Below are positions 48,176 through 57,532 of a DNA stretch of 64,000 nucleotides, piece by piece. The stretch comes from Candidatus Pacearchaeota archaeon (GTDB lineage: Archaea > Nanobdellota > Nanobdellia > Pacearchaeales > JAPDKA01): contig JAWAFA010000001.1 of the NCBI GenBank assembly GCA_038890875.1, positions 419,910-483,909 of the forward strand. The letters run 5' to 3'. A program made the translations under genes and the position numbers. How positions within the stretch are numbered: the first letter of the stretch is position 1; every line of letters begins with the position of its first letter. The notes beneath the pieces were generated by a model. The model did not search any database. It saw only the letters and a program-made list of their open reading frames with translations, and was not told the origin of the DNA.

Positions 48176-48234
48176 GCTAAAAAGTAAAGAATTAACTTAA
48201 AAATTTATCGCAGTTTTTTTATCACTCAAAAAAA

Positions 48235-49518
48235 CTAAATCTGCTTTGCCTTAACTTCTATACAAACACCTGCAGCAACTGTTCTGCCAGCATCTCTCAC
48301 CGCAAATCTTGATAAATGAGGATTAACTTTTTGTGTTTCGATAACTACTGGCTTAAGAGGCTTAAGTTTTACAATAGCTACATCACCATTCTTAATAAAC
48401 TCTGGTTTTTCTGGCAATGCTTGCCCTGTTTTGGGGTCGATTTTTTTCTGAATTTCAACAAATTGACAAGGAACTTGTGCTGTATGTATATGAAAGACAG
48501 GAGTATAACCAGGAGCAATAACACTAGGATGATTTATTACAGCTATCTGTGCTATAAACTCTTCGGCTACAGTTGGTGCTTTGTCAACATGAGCAATTAC
48601 ATCTCCTCGTTCAATATCCTGTTTCCCGACTCCTCTAATATTAACACCGACATTATCTCCAGCAACTGCTTCTGGTAATGATTGATGGTGCATTTCAATA
48701 CTCTTAATCTCTCCAACAACTCCTTTTCCCATTCTTGCCGGTAATATAATAACTTTATCCCCAGGTTTCATTCTGCCAGTTTCTATTTTACCAACAGGTA
48801 CGGTACCAACTCCAGTAATGCTATAAACATCTTGTATCGGCATGCGTAATGGCAAATCAACTGGTTTTTTTGGCTCTTCAAACAAATCAAATTGTTCAAG
48901 AACAGTAGGTCCTTTATACCATGGCATTTTTTCACTTTTCTTTGTTATGTTCTCACCATAATAACCAGAAGCTGGTATAAAGTTAATTTTATCAAGCTTA
49001 TAACCAGCAGCTTGAAGTTGCTTTGAAACAGCAGCTTTGACTTCTTCAAATTTTTTCTGTTCATAATTTACAGTGTCCATCTGGTTTATAACAACTGCAA
49101 GTTGATCAACGCCCATTGTTCTTGCGAGAAAGATATGCTCAACTGTTTGTGGCATTACCCCATGCTGAGCTGCTACTATAAGAAAAGCAGCATCAGCCTG
49201 GCTTGCTCCAGTAATCATATTCTTAATGAAGTCTTTATGACCAGGGGCGTCTATAATTGTTACTTGATACTTTTTTGTTATAATTTTACGATAAGCAAGA
49301 TCAATGGTAAGCCCTCGCTCTCGTTCTTCCTTTAATCTATCCATTACAAAAGCAAATTCAAAACCTGCCTTACCAAGTTTTTCAGCAACTTCCTTCATTT
49401 TTTTCAATTCTGTTTCACTAAAATTACCAGTCTCAAAAAGAAGTCTACCTACAGTAGTTGATTTTCCATGATCAACATGTCCTATAAACACAACATTTAA
49501 ATTTGGTTTTTCCGGCAT
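48235..49518 (-). CDS. tuf: Translation elongation factor aEF-1alpha
   Basis: [45 protein letters not shown]. Confidence 0.98.
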   Translation of the reverse strand: MPEKPNLNVVFIGHVDHGKSTTVGRLLFETGNFSETELKKMKEVAEKLGKAGFEFAFVMDRLKEERERGLTIDLAYRKIITKKYQVTIIDAPGHKDFIKNMITGASQADAAFLIVAAQHGVMPQTVEHIFLARTMGVDQLAVVINQMDTVNYEQKKFEEVKAAVSKQLQAAGYKLDKINFIPASGYYGENITKKSEKMPWYKGPTVLEQFDLFEEPKKPVDLPLRMPIQDVYSITGVGTVPVGKIETGRMKPGDKVIILPARMGKGVVGEIKSIEMHHQSLPEAVAGDNVGVNIRGVGKQDIERGDVIAHVDKAPTVAEEFIAQIAVINHPSVIAPGYTPVFHIHTAQVPCQFVEIQKKIDPKTGQALPEKPEFIKNGDVAIVKLKPLKPVVIETQKVNPHLSRFAVRDAGRTVAAGVCIEVKAKQI

Positions 49519-49762
49519 TTTTTATTTGTTAAATTGAATTTTTGATTATTTCTTATTAAACTGATTTATTTATAAATCTTTCGCTTTAAAAAATTTTAAA
49601 ATTTTTTTCTCGAAGTTTTTCCTCGAAGCAAAAGTGCCCCCAGCTTGCCTTGCAATCAATTGTGTCTCTATTTCAATATTTGATTATCTCAAACGAAAAA
49701 TTTTTAAAGATTGTCACTATTATATAATAACAAAAAACAAAAAACTGACATTTGTGATTAAA

Positions 49763-50417
49763 ATGAAAGATATCAATGATCTTTATAGATTAAAAATTAA
49801 TGATGAAGTTTTACAAGGCATTTTTATGTGGCAAACTGTAGTTATTGATGATGGTATAAAAGATTATTTGTTGCCTGAAGAAAAAGTTGATGAATATATA
49901 AATCTTTTATGCATAAAACCTGAAAAAGTATTGATGAATATGGCTGAATATAGTTGGAAAAAAGTTCCATGTAATTGTAACCTAGAGGATTGGTTTTCCC
50001 ATGCACTTCATAGTATGAATCTTTCTGAAGCTCTTGAGAAAAAGATTAGTAACATGCTTTCATAGATCCATATTATATCAATTAATGGTTCAACAACTTC
50101 AACCATATGCGATGGGTGCAATAATGGAGGGGGAAGTAAGAGAAGGTGAATTTCGTGAAGGTCATGCATATAATATAGTTTTTATTCCACAAACAAAAAA
50201 GAGATTTTTAGTTGATACAGCACTTTTGGATGATGGTCAACCAATTGTTGCAGACTATAGTTGTGTTGAAAAATTAGGAGAATACGAACAAATTACAATC
50301 ATATTAAAAGATGGTAAAAAAAGAAAATATTCTGGGTATATATTAGAATATTTAAAAGATCCGGAAAAAACAAAAAAAACTTTTAAAAGCTTACTTATTG
50401 AACTCTGGGAAAGATAA
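49763..50417 (+). pseudogene. Transglutaminase-like (Cys-His-Asp) protein split by a single-base frameshift near 50040
   Basis: ORF 49763-50065 overlaps ORF 50034-50417. Removing one A from gagaaaaagatt joins LSEALEK to RLVTCFHRS...GHAYNIV...LVDT. Confidence 0.6.
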
Positions 50418-50504
50418 TATTCCATCGGCTTTGAACAAATGCTTGTATATCCCACTTTTTAATTTTTTATTTTTTTAGATTAAAAGATGTTTAAGAAAAA
50501 TTTA

Positions 50505-50577
50505 TGCCCCGGCCGAGATTCGAACTCGGGTCGCAAGCTCGAAAGGCTTGCATGCTTGGCCTCTACACCACCGGGGC
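50505..50577 (-). tRNA. tRNA-Glu(TTC)
   Basis: Reverse complement: gccccgg acceptor, caagc-ctTTCga-gcttg anticodon arm, ccgag-ttcgaat-ctcgg T arm. Confidence 0.93.
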
Positions 50578-50579
50578 GA

Positions 50580-50688
50580 TGGGCCCTAGCGGATTTGAAC
50601 CGCTGACCTCTGGTTATCCTAGCGCTCTTGTCAAATTGACAAGTGGCCATATAAGACCAGCGCTCTAACCTAGCTGAGCTAAGGGCCC
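50580..50688 (-). tRNA. tRNA-Ile(TAT) with a 34-nt intron at 37/38 (intron 50616-50649)
   Basis: Reverse complement: gggccct/agggccc acceptor; ctggt-ctTATa[intron]a-accag; BHB-type junction with ctta pairing tagg; intron hairpin cttgtca/tgacaag. Confidence 0.88.
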
Positions 50689-50758
50689 TTAATTTTACCT
50701 AATCCTTTTATTTTAAAAAACTTTACTAATTTACTCGCAAAGCTTTCTCTCTATCCCT

Positions 50759-52246
50759 TTAAATCTTCTTAAATAAAATTTCACTAGTTTCAATTTTATA
50801 ACTTTCTTTTATTCCGAACTTGCAATCACTCATACTTTTAATTTCAAAACCATATTGCTTGGCAATTTTTTCGCACGTTGCTGGAATAAAAGGCCAGAGC
50901 AGAATGACAATTATTCTTATGCCTTCGGCAAGGGTATACAGATTCTGAGAAAGTTTTTCTTTATCCTGCTTCCAAAGTTGATTTTCTTGGATGTAAGCAT
51001 TGCAAAAATCAACAAGCTCAAATATGCTAGCAAGAGCATGATTTATCTTATAATTGTTCATTTCTTCCTTAATTTGTTTTATTTTCTTATTAAATACTTC
51101 TTTAAATTCAGATATAATTTTTGTTTTTTTTATTTCGAGGTTTTTGGCTAGCCCTGCAATTCTTGCTACAAGATTTCCTAGTTTGTCTGCAAGCTCATTG
51201 TTATGCCTTTCAATAAGCTTTTGTTCTGAAAAATCACCATCTTCACCAAAGACGAAATTGCGGCAAATAAAATAACGGACGCTATCAGCGCCATAAGTAT
51301 TGACAAGATAGATTGGCGAGATTACATTTCCTAGGCTTTTACTTATTTTTTGTCCATTGACTGTTAAAAAGCCATGAATAAAAACAGTTTTAGGCAGTTT
51401 ATATCCTGCAGACATCAACATTGCCGGCCATATCACAGCATGAAACCAACCATTATCTTTTCCTAATAAATGTACATCAGCTGGCCAAAACTCTTTCTGC
51501 TTTCCTGCTCCAGTAATATAATTAAGCAATGCATCAAACCAAACATAAACAACATGTTTAGTGCTCGAAGGAAAAGGAATACCCCAACTAAAACCAGTTC
51601 TTGTTATGCTTAAATCTTGAAGCCCTTCTTTGACTCTATTCACGATCTCATTTCTTCTTGTTTCTGGTAAGATAAATTCTGGATGTTTGGCATAAAGTAC
51701 AAGCAATTTATCTTGATACTTGCTTAGTCTAAAAAAATATGATTCCTCACGCAATTTTTCAATCTTTATTTTATGAACAGGGCAACTTCCATCGATCAAA
51801 TCTTTCTCTGTATAATATGCCTCACATTGTGTACAATAATAGCCTTCATAAAATCCTTTATAAATATCCCCTTTTTCATTTACTTTTTTAACAAACTCTA
51901 TAACAAATGCTTCATGATCTTTGTCAGTTGTTCTAATAAATCTGCTGTAATTAATATCTAACTTATCCCATGATTCTTTGAATTTTGCTGCAAGCTTGTC
52001 AACAAACTCTTTCTCACTTAACCCGGCAGCTTTTGCTGCAAGGGCTATTTTTTTCCCGTGCTCATCTGTTCCTGTTAAAAACCATACATTGTAACCAAGT
52101 AATTTATGCCATCGAGCAAGCACATCAGCAATGATTTTTTGGTATGCATGACCTATATGTGGTTCTGCATTAACATAATCAATAGCAGTCGTTACATAAT
52201 ATTTTTTTTGATTCTTTTTACCTCTCTTTTTCAATTTTTCTTGCAT
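50759..52246 (-). CDS. metG: Methionyl-tRNA synthetase (short, MetRS1-like)
   Basis: YVTTAIDYVN..PHIGH, GTDEHG, FIRTTD, CxxC..CPVH, YVWFDAL, KISKS. Confidence 0.95.
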   Translation of the reverse strand: MQEKLKKRGKKNQKKYYVTTAIDYVNAEPHIGHAYQKIIADVLARWHKLLGYNVWFLTGTDEHGKKIALAAKAAGLSEKEFVDKLAAKFKESWDKLDINYSRFIRTTDKDHEAFVIEFVKKVNEKGDIYKGFYEGYYCTQCEAYYTEKDLIDGSCPVHKIKIEKLREESYFFRLSKYQDKLLVLYAKHPEFILPETRRNEIVNRVKEGLQDLSITRTGFSWGIPFPSSTKHVVYVWFDALLNYITGAGKQKEFWPADVHLLGKDNGWFHAVIWPAMLMSAGYKLPKTVFIHGFLTVNGQKISKSLGNVISPIYLVNTYGADSVRYFICRNFVFGEDGDFSEQKLIERHNNELADKLGNLVARIAGLAKNLEIKKTKIISEFKEVFNKKIKQIKEEMNNYKINHALASIFELVDFCNAYIQENQLWKQDKEKLSQNLYTLAEGIRIIVILLWPFIPATCEKIAKQYGFEIKSMSDCKFGIKESYKIETSEILFKKI

Positions 52247-52333
52247 TACACTCCATGATTAAGAAATTTATAAAGTTTAGTATTAAAAGAAAAATAATAA
52301 GAAAAATATTAAAAGGTAAATACATCTTGTTTC

Positions 52334-53506
52334 ATGCTCATTGGTATTGTTGGCAAGCCAAATGTTGGGAAAAGTACTTTTTTCAAAGCTCTAACACTTA
52401 GTGAAGTTGAAATTGCTAATTATCCTTTTACAACAATAAAGCCTAATGAAGGTATAGCTTATGTGAAAGTTCGTTGTGTTGAGACTGAATTTGGAGTTAA
52501 ATGTGAACCAAATCATGGTTATTGCCTTGATGGTTGGCGTTTTTTGCCTGTAAAAGTGCTTGATGTTGCTGGGCTTGTACCGAAAGCTCATCTTGGCCGA
52601 GGCCTAGGTAATAAGTTTCTCGATGATTTAAGGCAAGCAGATGTACTTTTACATATTGTTGATGCAAGTGGTACTGTTGATGAAGAAGGCAGACCAACTG
52701 CAAACTATAATCCTGCCAACGATGTTAAATGGTTAGAGGAAGAGATAGAAGCGTGGTTTTACAATTTAATAACTAAAGATTGGGAAACTTTAAAGCGAAA
52801 ATCTACGCATGAGACAAAGCCACTAAATCTACTCATTGAGAGGTTTATTGGACTTGGTATTAGTGAAGAACAAATAATCCAAGCCCTGTTGAGACTAAAC
52901 CTTGATGAAAACTTTGCTAATTGGGAGAGCGAACAATTACGAGAATTTATAATCGAATTAAGAAAAATAAGCAAGCCAATAGTTGTTGTAGCTAATCGAC
53001 TTGATATCCCGAATGCTGATAAAAATTTAGAAAAGATTCGGCAAGTAACTAATGGTAAAGTCTTTGCTGCATCAGCAATAGCTGAACTTGCACTAAAAGA
53101 AATGGCAAGAAGGGGCTGTATTGAATATATCCCTGGAACGAGTAAAATAAAAATTAAGAATTGTGACGAGAAAGATAAAATAAGAATTGAAGCTATTACA
53201 AAATATTTGGAAAAATACGGTTCAACAGGGGTACAAGATGCAATCGACTACACTGTTTTCGAATTATTAAAGTATAAAGTCGTTTACCCTGTTGAAAATG
53301 AAACAAAAAAAAGTGATAAACAAGGTAAAATACTCCCCGACGCACATCTAATGCCCCCTCGAAGTAAAGCAATAGATCTTGCTTATAAAATACATCAAGA
53401 TATAGGAAAAAATTTTGTTTCAGCAATTGATGTTAAAACACACCGAAGACTTGGTAAAGATTATGAATTAAAGCATAATGATGTAATAAAAATCTTAATA
53501 CATTAA
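52334..53506 (+). CDS. ychF: YchF/Ygr210-type OBG-family GTPase with TGS domain
   Basis: GKPNVGKSTFF, ANYPFTTI.PN.G, DVAGLV, GLGNKFLDDL, C-terminal TGS. Confidence 0.92.
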   Translation: MLIGIVGKPNVGKSTFFKALTLSEVEIANYPFTTIKPNEGIAYVKVRCVETEFGVKCEPNHGYCLDGWRFLPVKVLDVAGLVPKAHLGRGLGNKFLDDLRQADVLLHIVDASGTVDEEGRPTANYNPANDVKWLEEEIEAWFYNLITKDWETLKRKSTHETKPLNLLIERFIGLGISEEQIIQALLRLNLDENFANWESEQLREFIIELRKISKPIVVVANRLDIPNADKNLEKIRQVTNGKVFAASAIAELALKEMARRGCIEYIPGTSKIKIKNCDEKDKIRIEAITKYLEKYGSTGVQDAIDYTVFELLKYKVVYPVENETKKSDKQGKILPDAHLMPPRSKAIDLAYKIHQDIGKNFVSAIDVKTHRRLGKDYELKHNDVIKILIH

Positions 53507-54531
53507 ATTTTTCGCCAAAAAACTTCAACATCATCCGTTCGTTGATGTGGCTTAATTTCTATTCTTTCTATTTCTTTTTTGTCAAATTCAAATTTCTTCG
53601 CCATTACCATAAACTGAGCTGTTAATGCAATCATTGCCGCATTATCGACAAGTAAGGAGGCTTCTGGAATAAAACATCTTCCTTTTCTTACTTTTACCAT
53701 AGCTTTTGCCATTTCTTGTAATCTCTTATTACAAGCAACGCCACCGCCGAGAGCTAGCTCTTTCTTACCGAGATGTGCCATTGCTCTTTCTGTAACTTCA
53801 ATAAGCATGGCAAAAGCATGCTCTTGCAAACTATAGCACAAATCTTCGAGAGCGTATCTCTGAGAGTTAAATTTTTGTTGTAAATTCGTTAACATGCCAG
53901 AAAAAGCAACATCCATCCCTTTAACTGTGTAAGGAAGCCTAATTAATTTTTTTCCTTTTTCTGCAAGCTCTGCTATTTTTGGCCCGCCAGGAAAGCCGAG
54001 GCCAACATATCTCGCAAATGTATCAATAAAATTGCCAACACCTATATCAAGGGTTTCACCAAAGACACGATAGCGATTGGCAGCATAGGCAATAACTTGG
54101 GTATTAGCCCCGCTTGTATAAAGCAAGACTGGATCACTTGCTTTTGTCACAGCCCTTACAACTTCAAGATGGGCTATGCAATGATTTACTGGTATTACGG
54201 GAATAGCCAATCTTAAAGCTAACTCTTTAGCAAAATTCTTGCCAACTAGCAAGCATGGCGGCAATCCTGGGCCTTGGGAGAATGCTACAGTATCAATATC
54301 TTTAATTTTAACATTTGCCACGCTTAATGCTTGTTCAAAAACTTTTTCTTTAATTTGCATATGGTGTTTTGCGGCCTCAACAGGTATAATCCCTCCTTTT
54401 TCTGTAGTATAAACATCTCTGATATTACTTAAAATTTTATGACCTTCAACAATAGCCACACCAAATGTATGAGCAGTCGATTCTATACCAAGACAAATTT
54501 TTTTTCTTTCTATCATTTTGTTCTCTTTCAT
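53503..54531 (-). CDS. kae1: tRNA N6-threonylcarbamoyltransferase Kae1 (KEOPS)
   Basis: LGIESTAHTFG, GPGL, VNHCIAH.E, SGANTQ, GETLD, GGVACN, DNAAMIA, RTDDV. Confidence 0.96.
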   Translation of the reverse strand: MKENKMIERKKICLGIESTAHTFGVAIVEGHKILSNIRDVYTTEKGGIIPVEAAKHHMQIKEKVFEQALSVANVKIKDIDTVAFSQGPGLPPCLLVGKNFAKELALRLAIPVIPVNHCIAHLEVVRAVTKASDPVLLYTSGANTQVIAYAANRYRVFGETLDIGVGNFIDTFARYVGLGFPGGPKIAELAEKGKKLIRLPYTVKGMDVAFSGMLTNLQQKFNSQRYALEDLCYSLQEHAFAMLIEVTERAMAHLGKKELALGGGVACNKRLQEMAKAMVKVRKGRCFIPEASLLVDNAAMIALTAQFMVMAKKFEFDKKEIERIEIKPHQRTDDVEVFWRKI

Positions 54532-54573
54532 CTAACCTTTATTTTAAAAATATCCCTCTTATGAATTCTTATA

Positions 54574-54801
54574 TTATTCAGATATTAATATATCCCACAA
54601 TAAAGTATTGCCACAAATACAAGTGAACCAAATTAAGTCAATTTCCTCCTTATCAAATCTTTCTCTAGAAATTATCAACTTATTGTTATCAATTTTTACA
54701 TAATTCTTATCAAATATTTCAAAAACAGAATAGAACTTTTCATTTTCATCATGATGTAATTCATATTCCCTCTTACAAACTTTGCATATCTTATATTCCA
54801 T
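54574..54801 (-). CDS. Small putative zinc-binding protein
   Basis: CKVC ... CICG. Confidence 0.55.
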   Translation of the reverse strand: MEYKICKVCKREYELHHDENEKFYSVFEIFDKNYVKIDNNKLIISRERFDKEEIDLIWFTCICGNTLLWDILISE

Positions 54802-54891
54802 AGCTCTATTAATAGAGGGAATATAAAAATTTTATTGAACTTAAGATTTAAAAATAAAAATAAAAAAGGAAAAGGAAGTTGAAATTACTTC

Positions 54892-55134
54892 TTATTTCTT
54901 CCTTTTTCGTCCGCCTTTAGCCATCTTTGCTTCACAGACATTACCTTTAGCATCTATATAGTAAAGGTAGCCTTCTTTTCGTTTTACTGCATTTTTCACA
55001 ACTACCTTCTTAGTGCCTTTTCCTTTCTTCTTTCCTCGTGCCATCGGTACTTCCATTACATTACCTTTAGCATCAACATAGTAAAGAAAACCAGGTTTTC
55101 TTTTAACAGCATTTTTCAATATAACTTGTCCCAT
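54892..55134 (-). CDS. Cc1-like small basic chromatin protein with an internal tandem repeat
   Basis: Two copies of KNAVKRK.G.LYY.DAKGNV.E..MA.G. Confidence 0.75.
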   Translation of the reverse strand: MGQVILKNAVKRKPGFLYYVDAKGNVMEVPMARGKKKGKGTKKVVVKNAVKRKEGYLYYIDAKGNVCEAKMAKGGRKRKK

Positions 55135-55179
55135 CTTCCTCTTTTTTATTTATTTATTTATTTATTATAATTGCATACT

Positions 55180-55590
55180 TTAAATATTTTTCTCTCGATA
55201 AAGTTTTTCCGATGACGATTTGTACTCTTTATACAAAGTTTCGACGGCTTTAGAATTCACAAAATCATGATGGCGAAAGCCTCCACCAAAAGATTTTGGA
55301 ATGTGGAGAAGTTCATGAATTAGGATTTTAATCTTCTCATCTTCGTCAAGCCTATCAAACTTTTCACTTATTACTTCAATAACATAACGTGGCGAAAGTT
55401 TAAATGCAATTTGTAATGGCTTGCTAAGGCTGTAGCACCTCGCAATAGCGCTTGTTCTTGCATTTTTCGAACGAATACATTCAAGAGAGTCGAGAGCAAT
55501 ATATTCCATTCCTAGTATTTCTACAATTTTCTTAACTTTTTCTTTTATATCATTTGCTTCTTCATAAATAATCGATTTTCTTCGTTTCAT
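55180..55590 (-). CDS. Putative metallopeptidase (phage-type HEXXH)
   Basis: ARC, YVIEVISE.F, LIHELLHIP, RHH. Confidence 0.8.
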   Translation of the reverse strand: MKRRKSIIYEEANDIKEKVKKIVEILGMEYIALDSLECIRSKNARTSAIARCYSLSKPLQIAFKLSPRYVIEVISEKFDRLDEDEKIKILIHELLHIPKSFGGGFRHHDFVNSKAVETLYKEYKSSSEKLYREKNI

Positions 55591-55626
55591 TAAAATAAAA
55601 AACTAAATGCGTTTAAAAAATTTTTA

Positions 55627-56073
55627 TTATATTAACTCTTTAATATAACCAGTATGGTCAAAATCAAAATTAAAATGTATTAAAAAATCTTCAATGATTC
55701 TTTTTTTATTCTTGAGCTTGCTTTTTTTTATTATTTCATAAATAGATTCAGTGAAGCAGTATGGGCAAATAAAAACATTCCCTTTACATTTAATGCACTT
55801 AGTTGAGGGAAAGTCATATTTGCTAAGTCTCAACATCTCGCTGCCAATTTCATGCCTGAGTTTCTCATACTTTTTACCTTTTAAACTTTGAATCGCCCAA
55901 GTATTAACTTCTTTTGTCAGACATTTAGGACAAATTGGAGTAAAAATCGCTTCTTGACATATTAAACATAATTCGACTCTATTTATCCTCAAATCATTAA
56001 TTATCTCATCACCTTTAGTGCTTCCTATACTTTTTCTATATTTGTTATATTTATTATACAGTTTTAAACTCAT
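55627..56073 (-). CDS. Hypothetical protein with four CxxC motifs
   Basis: CLIC, CPKC, CIKC, CPYC. Confidence 0.72.
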   Translation of the reverse strand: MSLKLYNKYNKYRKSIGSTKGDEIINDLRINRVELCLICQEAIFTPICPKCLTKEVNTWAIQSLKGKKYEKLRHEIGSEMLRLSKYDFPSTKCIKCKGNVFICPYCFTESIYEIIKKSKLKNKKRIIEDFLIHFNFDFDHTGYIKELI

Positions 56074-56146
56074 CTTAAAACCCCTTTCTTCCCTTCAAAA
56101 AGTTTAGGGAAGTTTAATGGGCGATAACAAATTTTAGTACGTAAGC

Positions 56147-56215
56147 GAAAGTAGGATATGAAGGAATAACCCACCAAGAAATTCTTCTAAGCATAGCGCT
56201 TGCATTCCTACTTTC
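56147..56215. other. Inverted repeat / candidate structured RNA element
   Basis: gaaagtagga(t)atg ... cattcctactttc forms a stem of about 13 bp enclosing smaller hairpins; GC-richer than its flanks. Confidence 0.4.
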
Positions 56216-56355
56216 CATAAAATAAATAAAAAAAAATATTTAAAAATTTTTGTAATCAATACCAAGAGACAAAAAGTAAAAAATTATGATAGAAAGGTTT
56301 ATAAAACCTAAAAAGATTTTTATTTATAACTAAATAATAGTAACACACAAAAACC

Positions 56356-57087
56356 ATGAAAAATTTCGATTTTTTAGAACATGCAACTAAAAGATTAAAG
56401 ATAGTTAGAAATTTTTATAAACCGCACTATAAGTGCAAAATGCTTCTTAGTAAGGTGATTGATGACTTAAAAGAGAATCAAATCCTTCTTTTTGATATTT
56501 TGAATGCTAAAACAGAGAATTTAATGGATATTATAAAAAATGATAAAAAATTATACGAGCACAGTAAAAATGTTGCTGAGTTATCCTATAAAATAGCAAA
56601 AAAAATGAATTTTAACGAAGAGGACTGTGATCAGATTTATATTGGTGCATTTATTCATGACATAGGTAAGTTATTCAGTAATAATTATAATAATAAAAAA
56701 ATAATCAATGGTTGTGAAAAAGCTGAGCATGCCATACTTGGAGATATATTAATGTATCTTAGAAATGCGAATAAAAAATATAAAAAAAATAATAAAAATA
56801 ATATTGTAGAAAAGATAGTTTCTTTGCATCATCAAAGAGAAAATATCTGCAGCGAGCTTTGTTATCCTTTTAACTTACCCTTTAACTCAAAAACTATGAC
56901 TTTTCAAATTGTTCAGCCAGCTGATACATTTGATGCTATGTACAGAAGGGGTATATATCAAAAAAATTTTAACATTAGTGAAATAATCAATCATTTTAAG
57001 AAAGGTATCAAAGAAGGTTTGTATGCTAAAGAGCCAGTTATTGAATTAATTGCTATTATTAATGAACAAGTAAGTTATAAAGATTAA
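56356..57087 (+). CDS. HD-GYP-like metal-dependent phosphohydrolase
   Basis: EHSKNVA.L...IA, GAFIHDIGK, HHQR......YP, ADTFDAM..R..Y. Confidence 0.78.
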   Translation: MKNFDFLEHATKRLKIVRNFYKPHYKCKMLLSKVIDDLKENQILLFDILNAKTENLMDIIKNDKKLYEHSKNVAELSYKIAKKMNFNEEDCDQIYIGAFIHDIGKLFSNNYNNKKIINGCEKAEHAILGDILMYLRNANKKYKKNNKNNIVEKIVSLHHQRENICSELCYPFNLPFNSKTMTFQIVQPADTFDAMYRRGIYQKNFNISEIINHFKKGIKEGLYAKEPVIELIAIINEQVSYKD

Positions 57088-57102
57088 CTTTTTACTTTCT
57101 TA

Positions 57103-57504
57103 TTATTGTTTCTTTTCGTACTTTTCGTAATTTTTTATTGCATTCATTAAAGCGTCTCTTCCAAGAATCGAACAATGAAATTTTTGTTTTGGTAAGTCGC
57201 CAAGTTGTTTAACAATCTCACTTTCTGAAATCTTTTTTGCTTCCTCAAGTGTTTTACCTTTTACCATCTCTGTAAGTATAGAACTAACAGCGATTGCTGC
57301 TGCACACCCTAATGTTTCAAATTTTATATCTTTAATATATTCTACTATTTTTCCTTTTATTTTTTTCTTACCAATCTTTAAATATAACTCCATAACATCT
57401 CCACATATAGGGTTTCCAGCTTTACCAACTGCATCAGGATTTTTTATCTTTCCCAAATTTCTTGGCTTCAAGAAATGTTCCATAACCTTCTTACTGTAAA
57501 GCAT
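57103..57504 (-). CDS. iscU: Fe-S cluster scaffold IscU/NifU
   Basis: YSKKVMEHF..PRN.G, GNPICGD, GCAAAIA, HCS. Confidence 0.94.
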   Translation of the reverse strand: MLYSKKVMEHFLKPRNLGKIKNPDAVGKAGNPICGDVMELYLKIGKKKIKGKIVEYIKDIKFETLGCAAAIAVSSILTEMVKGKTLEEAKKISESEIVKQLGDLPKQKFHCSILGRDALMNAIKNYEKYEKKQ

Positions 57505-57532
57505 TTTATTTTTTATTTATTTAAATTTTTAT

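Noticed and set aside
49520..50505. Integrated mobile element at the tRNA-Glu 3' end
   Set aside because: No integrase and no duplicated tRNA 3' fragment (att site) seen in the window
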